NCBI GenBank assembly: GCA_000442015.1
Contig: KE561021.1
Span: 1-52,017, forward strand
Direction of reading: 5' to 3'
Source of the DNA: Rozella allomycis CSF55
Lineage: Eukaryota
DNA length: 52,017 nucleotides
Shown: piece by piece, positions 10,617 to 22,653 of the stretch
Numbering within the stretch: position 1 is the stretch's first letter
How the letters are laid out: each line of letters starts with the position of its first letter
The notes under the pieces: generated by a model
What the model was told of the DNA's origin: nothing
Database searches by the model: none
Seen by the model: only the letters and a program-made list of their open reading frames with translations
Translations under genes and position numbers: made by a program

Positions 10617-12885
10617 TCAAAATTTTGAGCGTTTGAGCTCCAACAGTTCATCAATTATAGCATCAAGTTCTTCTTTATAGTTGTAGATTGTTTTAATGTT
10701 TTGATTGATCTGGCTGTAATAATAATCAGAAAGTTCTTTGATCTTTTTCTCGTGTTTTGCTTTTAAAGAATCGATGGTGTTTGAAAATTCTATTGATTCA
10801 ATGGATCTTTGTTCTTCAACTTTTCTCAACTTTTTAATTAATTCAGAGATTGTTTCTGATGGTTGATCTAATTGCATTTTCAATTTCTCGTTTGTCTCTT
10901 TTAATGATGCAATTTGATGAATTAATTGAGACACTTCTGAATCAGACAAGGAAGATGAATTCGTTAAATCTTTGTTGACAATTGGGAATGATATTGATTT
11001 GTTTAATTTTTCTTGAAGGATTTCATTTCTGGACAAAAGCTCCTGTTTTTCTTGTGCGAGGGTAGAAATCTTATCATTCAAATATTTAATTTCATTTAAA
11101 AGACGATTTGCTTCTGAATTGTTCAAATCTAGAATTGCTTGTTTTGTTTCTGAAGAGAACCATTTCAATGATCTTTCATGTTGTTCAATGACGAGTTTAT
11201 TAGTGTCTGAATGTGTTTGTTTCAAATGGTTTATAGTGTTTTCATAAATAGCTAATTCTTTTTGACCCATTAATACTTCTGTTTCTTTTAATTTCAAATC
11301 ATTCAAAAGTTTCTCATTTTCTTTTTGTAAATTTCGTAAATCATTCTGAAAATCTTCTTTCATTTTAACTTTAATTGATTCAATTTCTTTGTCTTTTTGT
11401 TGCAATTCAATTTTCTTGTTCTTTAATTCTTCTTTTATTTCATCCAATGTTTCTAAATCTTTTCCCAACTGTTGAATCTTTCCTGTTAACAGATTTATTT
11501 GATTTAAAAAAAAGAAATTTTTATTTTGATGTTTATTTAAAGTTAAATTTATAGATTGAATTCTGGCGATGAAATTGGAAATCAAAATAAGAAATTTGTT
11601 CTGGAAATTTACAATTTTGGATTCGATGGATCTTATTCTTTCAGCAGTCGTAGATAAGGATTTTAAATTTGCTTTCTTAAGTTTTATTTCATTTTCTTTT
11701 TCAATGAGTTTATTCTCTTTTTCAATCAAACTTTTTTCTTTTTCTATTAACGATTCAATTGAAGGATTTGGAACTATTGGAGATCCAATTAAAGATCTTC
11801 GATTCAATTCTTCTTCTGTTTCTTTGAGAATCGATTCTTTATCATTTATGATTCTCTCTCTTTCTATTACACGCTTTTCTTTCTCTTGTAAGATTTTCTC
11901 CCTTTCTTCAATATTTTCCAGCTCCTTTGCCTTTACTTTCATATTCAATTCATTTAATATTAAATCTTTTTCTTTTCGCTCAATAACCATCTCTTTAGCT
12001 TTTAAATTATTTTCTCTTTCTTTCAAAATTTCTTCTTTTCCTTTTAACTCTTTCAATTTCTCTTCAAGAATGACTTTTGATTTTGCCGACATTTCAGCTT
12101 CCCTCTCCTTTACCATTACATCCAACTTTGCTTTAAATTCATTTTCTTTTTCAATTAATTTTAAATTTAAAGCATTCTTTTCATTTACCATTTGTTGGTT
12201 CAATTGCGTTTTTTGAATCAATAGCTCCCTCTGTTCTACCTCGCGTTGCTTCAACCACTCTTTTCTTTCAGTTTCTATTTCTTTCATTTTAAGAACCAAC
12301 TTTTCATTCTCTTTCTGGAATCCTTTTATTAAATTTTCTTGTTCTTCCAACTCTCGCTCCAAAGTATGAATGTTTGGTTTAACCATTGACCTATCAAACC
12401 TCCTGGGAGATGAATTTCTCGATCCCTTGGAAGACTTTATTGACGGCAATTCCTTGTATTCTGTCTTTGGCTCTGGTGATTCTTCAAGAAACGGATTGGA
12501 AATGAAAGTCTTGCTTGGCGATCCCTTGGTGGAATTGATTTCAATAGGCTTCAATATTGGAGACTCATTTATCAAAGATTGATCAATTATCTTCATGGAC
12601 GATTCTACTCTGTTGGACAGATCCTTAACTTGCTCATCTAAAATTTGATTATCTAAANTGTTGGATTTTGTATTCGATATATCATCTTCTGTATTTTCTT
12701 TATTTGTCTCACTTTCAAAAGTATCTTGGTAAACGGCAGATGATTGTAGCTCTTCTACCAGACTATCTTGGACAACAAAAGGAACTTCTTCCTCTGTTAC
12801 GGGTGAACTCTAAATATCAAAAGTCAAAATAAAATACTTCTTCTAAATATATATCTGGCGTTGGGGATTGAAGTGGCCCGTCCAT
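10617..12885 (-). CDS. CEP162: Long coiled-coil protein, CEP162-like centriole distal-end protein
   Basis: ELEEQENLIKGFQKENEKL and C-terminal YKEELDAIIDELLEL resemble the conserved CEP162 blocks. ATG at 12885, intron 12810-12837, N at 12658. Confidence 0.6.
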
Positions 12886-13561
12886 TCTGCAAATTGATTT
12901 GCGAAAATTCTTAATTTAATTGTGTCATTCTCTTGTTCAATAGAACTGAATAGTAATTAGTAGCACATTCTCGGATAACTTGACTCAGATACTTTCAATG
13001 TTTTTGATATTTATGACGTCGTTCATCAACCAACGGTGAAGGCTTAAATGCTACTATCAACAATTCAAATTTCAACTATGATGAATGACATACAATAATC
13101 AAATTAATAATTATCATTCAATATAATGTATTCGATCAATCTCTGCTAAACTATATTCAAAGTACCGACTTGTAATTTTGAGAATTTGATTTAAGCGTAA
13201 AAACGCGATAAAGTCCAATGATTTCATCAAACGGGGAATTGAAAAAAATATATGTGACATTTGGTAAAAGACAAAAATTTGTCAAGCGAAAAAGTCTTTT
13301 ACTACTATCGTAGAAAACAAGTATGTGAGAAATAAAATCTTAATGCATCTAATTATAACATCTTTGTCATTCCGTTCAATGATGTTTAAAGATGTTTAAT
13401 ATATTGAAGACTCAATAAAAACTTCTATTTGTAACTCGTAAGCTCCGTATTCTGCCCAATTCAGATTGAAGTGGATGCCATATCCAATAACCTAATATCT
13501 TCTGAACTTATTTAAGCCTATATTATTATTTGCCTTTATGTAATAATGAAATTTTCTGAAT

Positions 13562-13610
13562 CACGTGTTTCCTAAACACGTGTATATGCCACATGCCAAT
13601 GCTAAGCCTC
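13562..13610 (+). promoter_or_regulatory. Paired CACGTG E-boxes (inverted repeat) plus GCCAC/AAGCCTC upstream of ATG 13616
   Basis: cacgtgttt-cct-aaacacgtg, tgccacatg and aagcctc. Confidence 0.5.
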
Positions 13611-13615
13611 ACAAA

Positions 13616-14447
13616 ATGAAATTCGGTTGCCTTCTTGCGTTTACTGCACTTGTTTTCGGTTCCAAGTACAAGCCAGTGGACACTCTGTTCAGTGCTGTCG
13701 AGCCAACTTTCGGTAATCCCGTATTTTACCGTGAAACAAGACAAACTATCTGAGCAATCTGTTTGGCACGGATGGAGAGAAAAGACTCTCGCTTTCGAAA
13801 AAGATTTTGATAAGCTGCATTTGAATAATCTCGAGGTTAAGGACATAGAAAGTCTTCAAACCTATTTCGAGTCCATCAGGACCCTATTCGATAAGAAGCT
13901 CGTTCCTGCAGTTGAAAATCACATCAACTCTATACTAGTTCCAACTTTAGGAAAATGTAAATAGTATTGCTTTTTTGGATTAGTTATCATGGTCTTGCTT
14001 GACGAATACGAAATGGACTTCAAAGTAACTCCTTTAACACAGCAAGAATATGACCGAATTTGCCTCTTGCTCTCCAAAAATCTCAAGAAAATCATAAATC
14101 TAACATCGCATCTTTATTTCGGCGCATCAGGCGTTGAAAGGCTGGCACACAAAGTTTCAATCGAATATGCCCAAAAGCATCTTCAAGTGCGCAGGAGCAT
14201 TCCAGTTTATATGAAATTGATGAAGAATGCAAGATTGAAGCGCCTTGGCTCCCAATGGCAACACGTCAGGGACTTTGAAAGCGCACTTGGAGAATTTAAA
14301 AACGCAATGGCCGCCTCCACGAGCCTATTTTCCAAGATTAATAGAATGAAAACAATGCCACACCATAATGTCAAAAGCATGGTTGACTTTCTTCAAAGTG
14401 TCAGGCAATCACTGGTCACTTTTCAAATGTTTATTTACTCGCTGTAA
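13616..14447 (+). CDS. Secreted helical family member 1 (single domain)
   Basis: Signal peptide MKFGCLLAFTALVFG. Two phase-1 introns (~13713-13740 and 13957-13983). Motifs WHGW, LVPAVENHI and C-terminal MVDFLQSVRQSLVTFQMF. Confidence 0.8.
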
Positions 14448-14569
14448 ATAAAATGACTATATAGAATAAATAGAATAAATAGAGTTAATATTAAATTTAT
14501 GCCCGATTTTTTTCGAAAATTAACAAAATTAATGGCATGTGTCGAGCTAATCCACAAGCCACCGGAAAA

Positions 14570-15546
14570 ATGAAATTACCAGGCTTCTTGAACGCTTTAT
14601 CTCTCCTGTTCTATACCTCCAAAATAGAGCAAGATGTGCGCCCGACTGAGCAAATCCAAGCCTTTCCGCCGACAAGTCACGAAATGTATCAGCCAAACGA
14701 CCAAATCTGGCTGGAGCCGCAAACATTTCAAGTCTACCGTAACTTGCTCTAATAATTCGTCAAATAGAAAACTTTGAGCAAGAATCGTTTGTAAATTTGT
14801 GGAAATCTGCGTTTTACGGGTTTGAAGAGTATTTGAAGCAAGGTGCTATTGGTTTTCCGGATCTTGCGCCTGACTTTGGGGATTTAGCTGCTGAATTTCG
14901 CGAGTATAGAGAGCTTGTTGGAACGATGAAAAAGCTGGTTGTTGAAGAGTCGGTGGATGTACTTGATAGACTTGATGGAAGTAAGGGGATTTTGATTGAT
15001 GGAGTAGCTATTGAAATCTTGCAACATCATCGCAATGAAAAGCTTCCGATGGGGCAAGCGTATTTTGAGGGTGAGCATTGGATAGCGAATAGATACATGG
15101 CAGTGATGGAGTTTGCTGCCGGAGGATTGAGAGGCATGGCTGAGAATAGTGTATTTCCTCAACTGTCAAAGTCTTTGAAGCAGCAAGCAATGTTGATTGT
15201 TAGAATAAAGTATCGTTTAGATGCATCAAAGGTAAAACTAATTAACATTGCTAATGTAAGGACAATAATGCTGGGTAAAAAAATAAAATTTTGTTTAGGT
15301 AGAAAAAGTGAGATGATTAATAATGTTATAGAAACTTTGAAACAAGTGGAAGAGATTCATAACATTGCGTATAAAGCATATGAAGAGACGATTGAAACAT
15401 TGAGCGTGCTGGCGGGAGATGAAAAGTTTGATTCAGCTGTTGACTTGTATAGCGTAGAGAAGATTGAATCTGCAATTGATATGCTTGCTGGTTTGAGAAG
15501 AGTTGTCGATACTTTTACCAACTTTGTCATTGCAATTACTGAATAA
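14570..15546 (+). CDS. Secreted helical family member 2 (single domain)
   Basis: MKLPGFLNALSLLF (weaker signal peptide). Intron 14739-14767 and a probable in-frame 27-nt phase-1 intron at 14981-15007. Motifs LWKSAF and C-terminal IDMLAGLRRVVDTFTNF. Confidence 0.75.
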
Positions 15547-15598
15547 AATAGACATTTTACTTCATTTAATTTATTTGAATAGATAATGATTTAAATAA

Positions 15599-15652
15599 GT
15601 TTATTTGAATTAGTTTATTTGAATTAGTTTATTTAAGTTAGTTTATTTGAAT
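15599..15652. repeat. 14-bp minisatellite (~4 copies, GTTTATTTGAATTA) overlapping the Nup133 stop codon
   Basis: gtttatttgaatta gtttatttgaatta gtttatttaagtta gtttatttgaat. Confidence 0.85.
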
Positions 15653-18600
15653 AGATCAGAAATGATGGTATTCTCAAACAAGTGCATAATTTGACTATTT
15701 TCATTTTCTAATACTTGAATAACATTTTCATGAAAATATTTTGAGAATAATTGAACATCCTTCTCTGACAAATAAATGTCAGTCAATATCATGTGACTTG
15801 AATTATCTAAGATTGAAATTGAATAAACAGATTACTTGAATTAAGAAAATTCATAGCTTTTAGAAGAGATGAATTATTTAAAATACTTTCTTTAGTTTCA
15901 TCAGAAGAATGAGAAATAGTTTTTGTAATTTCAGTCCAATTGTCAGCTAGAATGATTCTGCGCCATAATAGTTTTAAAAGAGATTCGAGTGATTCATCAG
16001 TTGTAGAATTCAACAAAGGAAAACATTCAAAAGATTTTTCAGAACAAGAAAGAAGATTAATTAGATCTACAAGGGTTATTTGTTTGTTATTTAAAAGATC
16101 TGAAATATTTTTTTCAAGAAAAGTATAATTTTTAAAAGATTTTAAAAGAAAATCATAGAGAATATTTTCAGTTGAATCTTTTTTAGATTTGAATAAAATT
16201 GAAAGATCATTTTGACAATTTACAAAATCTAATCTATTTTCATAATCTAAATAAAAAAATAGAATAAGAGGTACCTTTAATCTGAGAGTCTGGACAATCA
16301 AAAGAAAGAGATAATAATTTACTTAGAGAAATAAAAAATTTGCTTTCATTTAAATCTTTAAAAGATGAATTGATCTTTGAAAGTGCCATTGGAAAATTAT
16401 TTGTGTTGATAAAATGAATCCAGGAATGTGGAACTTGATCATTTTCTCTTAAATAATCATCCAAATAATGAGCATATTCATCTGAAATAGAATAAAGTTC
16501 AAACAATTTGTTATTAGAAAGATAAAAATCAAATAAAGAAAATGAAAATTGTTTTCCATAAATGTTTAAATATTCTTCAATAGATTTACAATTTAAATCA
16601 AAATTAAACCTTTGATTAATCATCAAATCAAAATAATGAAATTTCTCAAATATTTCAAATACTTTTTCTTGTCGATTGTATTTATTTAAAAAGAATAAAA
16701 TTCTCAAACACAATTCTTTATCTTTTACTATTGAACAACATTCCAAATAGTTTAAAAGAAATGAAATGCTATTCTTTAATAAAATAGATCTTAATTGAAC
16801 AAGAGATGTGGCGTATGCATTTGTCACGTGTTCAACATGTGAATTTTCTTCAATAACTTTAATTGATAGAAAAATAGATTCTAAAATATCCAAAATGTTT
16901 AATGAAATAGTTTTGAAATTTTGATTATTCCAAAATGATTCAAAATCTAATGGAATGTTTAATTTACTACAAAGATTTAATCTATGAGAAGAAATAGATT
17001 CAATTAGATTTGAAAAGATTAAAATAAATTCATTCAAGAGGGCAATCTGATCTGGCTCATTTAAACTACTTCTTCTAGTTGAAAATGAATTGAATAGAAT
17101 TGGCAAAAGATCATTTAAACTGCCAGTCATAAATCTAAAGAAATGGCGTGTTGAATCTCTTGACATTACAGATTTAGATTCTAATAAATTAAAAATAGAT
17201 TCTCCCAAGAAATTCAAATGAAAATCTTTAAATCCTTTTTCTTGCAAACTAAAAATAGAATTCTGAAATTTCCAAAGTTTCAAAGAAGCAAAAGAAATTT
17301 CTAAAGATTTTAAAATAATCAATTTAGATTCAATTGGCAATTCAAGCAATTTCAACAATTTTGAATATTTTTCTTCTAAAAGTAATCCAACCCCTGCAGC
17401 CAATGAAAATCTCTTACTTTTCGCTTCTAAAATCTGTTCACAAATTGATTCAACTGCCATTTCAATTTCTTCCTTTGAATATTCACAAATCGCAAAGTTT
17501 ATTCCATCAAACAAAAAACTTTCAATTTCATATTGCAATATTTCTATTGGAAGTTTCTTCACTTTAACTCCCCCAATATTCTTCAACGTTAAATTAAACG
17601 CTTTTCCTGTCGTCAACACCAAAATTGAAGACTTTGACGTAAAACTACAACAAGTCAAATTCCCCAACGAAAGTGGAATCGAAAAATCAAAATTACCAAA
17701 ATTTCCTTTTAAAAATAAAACTAAAATCTACCTGGCATCAAATTTATCAACGAAATTTGATTCAAAAATGAAACAAGCATCAACGGCTCCGTCGGGTGAA
17801 TTTCAATTCCAATAAAACTCTCAACATCCAACATCGCATTCAAACTATTACAACAAATAAACTTTATTTCTTCCTCCACCGCAAACGAAAACATTAAATA
17901 TTTCTCTTTAAAATAAATCAAAACGCCAAGAAACTCTCTAGACCCAGAAACACCCAAAATCGTAAATTCCAAACTGCCAATTTGCTTCTTCACAAGATTC
18001 GTTATATCAAAATCATTCTCAATCTTTTCACTCTCCATACTCCACTGCTGCAATATATTCCTCTCCTTTAACAAATACAATCTATTCTCAGTTCCACAAC
18101 TACAAACATTCATAAAACTACACCATCCACCAAACAATGACGTCACTTTCTGCAATACACCAGAATGTCCATCAACAACCCTGCACGCCAGTCCATGAAT
18201 CCCCTGCTCCTTCATCACAAATATCCTCTTATTAGACACATACACAAACACACCCTATCCCCACATAATTAATTCTTTACCCTCACAAAATGCAGTCCAA
18301 TTCCATATTCACTACTATCAAACCCCAAATCTATTCTCTGCGGCTTATCTAGCCAAAACACAGTCGGCCAATAAACCACACTCCCACTCTCAGTAGCAGC
18401 AACAACAGCCATCTGCTTCGCTTCCTTCCTGCTAGTGCTCAGCATACTCAACGGCTGCACATCGCTCTTCAGCCTCTTAAACGGAAAATGTCCCTATATT
18501 AACCCAACACGATCTTCTTACTCCCCACACAAACACAGTGTCGCCAGAAAGAGTAAACGATAGGCCTGTTGCTTGGTCGACTTGCACACAGTACGCTTCT

Positions 18601-18800
18601 ATCATACATCTCCAAGTATTTTCTTACCATCCTCAGACATGACCTCTACTAGTGTTTGCGGTAAATGGTTCAGCTCTTTTAAATGGAAATATGGATGATC
18701 TATTTCGCTACACTTGTAAAATGAGTAGCACTCTTACTTTTTGCCCAACATCATACCCCTGCCTTTAAAGGATTGAATAGTATTTGTGAATGAGAAAACA
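15643..18800 (-). CDS. NUP133: Nucleoporin Nup133, multi-exon (start approximate)
   Basis: Propeller-like N-terminus (VVAATESGSVVYW). C-terminal SWIHFI..FFISLSKL and LLWRRIILADNW are typical of Nup133. ORFs are joined by mini-introns. Confidence 0.8.
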
Positions 18801-19057
18801 TGAATCCATATTATTTCATTACGAATAACATTCGTTTAAAATATAGTAATTTAGTACCATGATAATGTGTTTGACTGAGATCAAAACAATCGCATAAAAT
18901 CAAAGTTTATTTGTGAATTTCTGCATTACAATACATACATACTAAAAAGTATATAGCATGAATCACTTAATGTTGGTTTCTCCAAGTTGCAAGACAGTGG
19001 CTTGGAACAGTTCAAAAAATNAGTTGCAGGACAGTGGCTTGGAACAGTTCAAAAAAT

Positions 19058-20514
19058 ATGACTTCAGAAATGCAAGAAATAATCGAAGGCCAAGCAAAAA
19101 TGACTCTAGAAAAATCAGTATTTTACAATCCAGTCCAAGAATTCAACAGAGACATAAGTATTGCTTGTATAACGCAATACCAAAAAACTCTGAACAAGGA
19201 CATCCACATCTTTGAAGGACTATCAGCTACCGGCCTGCGCTCCATTAGATACGCAAAGGAAATCCCAAACGTTTCCAAAATAACCACCAATGATCTCGAC
19301 AAGGATGCGTTCAAGACAATCCAGGAAAATGTTGTAAAGAATAACGTGCAAGATATCATTACGCCGTCGCTGAATGACGCTAATGTGGCCATGCTGCAGA
19401 ATAAGAATATGTTTGATGTCATCGATCTTGATCCGTATGGCTCGGTGATTCCGTTTGTCGATGCAGCTATCCAGTCTATCAAGAATGGGGGACTGCTTTG
19501 CGTCACTTGCACGGATATGACTGTGCTTGGTGGATCGTATTTGGAAACTAGCTATGCAAAGTACGGCGGGACAACACTCAAAGGCAAGTTCTGCCATGAA
19601 ATGGCTTTGCGTCTGGTTTTGCATGCGCTCGAGTCTTCCGCTACAAGATACAAGCGAGTTATCGTTCCTCTAATGTCATGCAGCATTGATTTCTACGTTC
19701 GAGTGTTTGTGATTGTCAAGGAATCGCCCAAAGACACTAAACTCTCCTGCACTAAAACTTCAATGGTAGGGCTCTGCAGTGGATGCCATTACTATCGCTT
19801 GCAGCCACTGGGTGTTGTTAACGAAAACAGAACGAAATTTAGCAACTCCAGATGCGTTCTTCCAAGCAAATGCACTTTTTGTGATTTTCCTTTGCATATT
19901 GGCGGCCCAATTTATTCAGCAGATATTCATAACCAAGAATTCGTTGTGAATCTATTAGATGCTCTGAAAGATGAATCATCGGCGCAAAGGTTTAAAACGC
20001 ATAAGAGAATGTTGGGAATGGTCTCTGTCATTTCGGAAGAGTTGAATCAACCACTTTACTATGACTTGTCGCAACTTTCCTCGACCATTAAAGTATCTAC
20101 AATTCCCGTTATGCTATTCAAGTAACTACGTTTTGTTTCTCTTATAGTTCTGCTTTGTTGAACGAGGGTTACAAAGTTTCTTCGACTCATTGCAGCAAAA
20201 CTGGGTTCAAAACAGACGCACCCATGGATTTAATTTGGTACGTTTTAAAATCATGGGTAAAAGATGTTACTTTAATAATAAAGGCATTAAAGCAACCGAA
20301 TTATGATATTAAAAAGTTTGAAGAACAAAAGTCATCTCCCGGAAAGAATATCATGAACTTCAATTTTATCTATGACTCGGAAGTTAATTTCGAGAAACAT
20401 GAACTTGCTAATCCATCCTCGAGAATTAAGGGTCTAACAAGGTATCAAATGAATCCAACAAAGAACTGGGGACCAGGAGCAAAACCAACTAAGAAACTTA
20501 AAAAAGATGAATAA
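19058..20514 (+). CDS. TRM1: tRNA (guanine26-N2)-dimethyltransferase
   Basis: VFYNPVQEFNRDIS, EGLSATGLRSIRYAKE, DVIDLDPYGS, GGLLCVTCTD, SIDFYVRVF, KTDAP and NWGP. Intron at ~20122-20147. Confidence 0.97.
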
Positions 20515-20942
20515 ATTGTAGTTTTTTTCAATCGTTTAGAATTTTTCTTGACTTGACTTTGTCACATTAAAAGTGATCTAAATTTTCTTTCTTGAGTCCA
20601 ATTATATGTACCCAAAACATAAAGACTGTTTAAAGGATTTATTTCGCAATATGCAGTAATAACCCAATATGAGCAATTTAAATTTAGATGGAGGAATCTT
20701 TGGCTTTCCTTAAAAGTATCGCGCATACAGTGTCCAATCTGCAAAATATTGAAACTAATGTGGTATATCACAGGCTCAGATTAAAAATTAGTTTCACATT
20801 AGCAAAAAGGAATGCATCCATGATTCTGAGAAGACTGGCATAAANATGACGGAAAGAAAGTAGCCAATAAAGATGACATAAATAGCAGGAAATTGGCTAC
20901 ATTAAGGTGCTTTAGAGCAACCAGGGCGTTGGAATTTTTAGT

Positions 20943-20964
20943 CACATGTGGATGGCTGCGCCAC
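20943..20964 (+). promoter_or_regulatory. CACATGTG + TGCGCCAC motif pair upstream of ATG 20977
   Basis: Same arrangement as 25631-25652. Confidence 0.5.
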
Positions 20965-20976
20965 TTAAGGAAAAAA

Positions 20977-22625
20977 ATGAGATTCCTAGCAATCCTATTT
21001 TTTATATGTCTTGTTGCGTCTGGCCCTTTAAACCTAAAAGGTTCCCATCATGATAATACTTTTAGATATCTTGAAAAGAACATCTTTTTATTGGATACAA
21101 CAAAATTTTGTAAGCACCTTTTGAGGTTTCAAAGTAGATGAACTTATGAGTAAACCGAACTGGAGAAACCTGAAATATGGGTTATACATTATGAATTCTA
21201 GACTTAAAAGTTTGGGAGTTCCTCGTGCACATCAGGAATTTTTTGATTTACTGGTTCCCTACGTTCAATGTTTCATGATCATGTGGGAAAAGGAATTGGT
21301 TCCTGCGGTCAATAATCATATTATTGGAAAAATGCAATATTGGCGTTTAAGTACTTTCTTTTTGTTGAATTCATTCAGATTTAGAATCAATGCAAGACGC
21401 CGAGGAATTAGAACGTCAAAATATATTCAAGGAAACAATCAAAAACATGACGATGGAAATTTCACCAGTGTTAGAAAGTCTTGACGAGTTTTTGATCGGC
21501 TTGGATAATATCAAGGATGTTTTAACCAAATGGAAGACTGAAGATGATTTAACGATCAGAGATCATGAAAATTTCATTCAAACCTCTAGTGCTGAAATAT
21601 TATTTCCCATAATTAAAAATGATATAAAAAAGGCTGAATATCATCGTGAAATACTTGATCGATATGTGAATATTTCAGAGTCCCTTATCAGCATTATTGA
21701 TAGTGCCTATATGACTCTTGAGAATCTTCCAAATCACTACGATCACTTCCTTTATGAAAATGAGTCTGAAAGGCATAATCAAATGGCCTTTTTAGAGCGA
21801 ATGATTAATACACTGGCAAATTTTCAGCATTTTGTACATTTTTTTAATGAACCGATGCTTAAAAAGACTGGTCTCAAAGATTTCCCTTCTTTTGGTAATA
21901 CTCACACTTAATCATAATTAGATTCGCTTTTGAATATGAGACATAAGGGATCATGGAAAAATTCTTTTGAGAATCTAGATAAAATTTCAAGAATTATAGA
22001 TTCTTCAGTTGGAAACACCTTCTTTCATACATTCTGTGAGTATTTGGAAAGATCATCGATTTCTATACTCGATGCCACTACATCTGGTAATTTGCATTAC
22101 TTTTCATGATAATTAGTATTGAAACAAGTACAGCCAGGGATGGTTATTGATTTGGAAGTTGTTGAGAAAATGGTATCCAAAACCGTTGAAAATTTGCATA
22201 AAGTGTCCAATCACATGAAATCAGGTTACGATCATACAGGCAAAATCCTGAATGATGCGTGTGAAACAATAGAGAAAATCGTGGCTGAAAAAACCGAGGC
22301 TAAGCCCGCCTTTTTTAAGAAACTTGCTTGTTATAGGGAGATATGCAATATTAGGAAACTCAAGATGGGAGAAAAAAGTTTATATTTTAAGAAACAAGAG
22401 TTGGATAATTTCATGACTCTTTCCACATGTCACCAACAATTTCCAGTGGCCCTTATTAGGGAACAAGTTCAGTATTTCCAAACTTCGATAGAGATGGCTA
22501 TTCAAAAATCAAAAACATTTCAATGGAAAAATCCAAAGCAAATGTTTAAGCTCCAAGAAGTCGTTGATTATGTAGTTAGCGCAGAACAAATTGCAAAAGC
22601 TTTGAAAAACCTAGTCACTGAATAA
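20977..22625 (+). CDS. Secreted helical family member 3 (two tandem domains)
   Basis: Signal peptide MRFLAILFFICLVASGP and four phase-1 mini-introns. Domain 1 has ELVPAVNNHI..WRL and MAFLERMINTLANFQHF. Domain 2 runs from SWKNSFENL to VVSAEQIAKALKNL. Confidence 0.8.
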
Positions 22626-22653
22626 ACTATTTAAAAAATATTTAATGATTTTA

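Noticed and set aside
11569..12216. 215-aa Ser/Phe-rich ORF and similar antisense ORFs (19123, 33133, 34659, 38283, 40876)
   Set aside because: Shadow ORFs on the strand opposite compositionally biased real genes.
18985..19057. ~35-bp direct repeat upstream of TRM1 (CRISPR-like at first glance)
   Set aside because: Only two copies around N19021, no spacer series, and a eukaryotic context.
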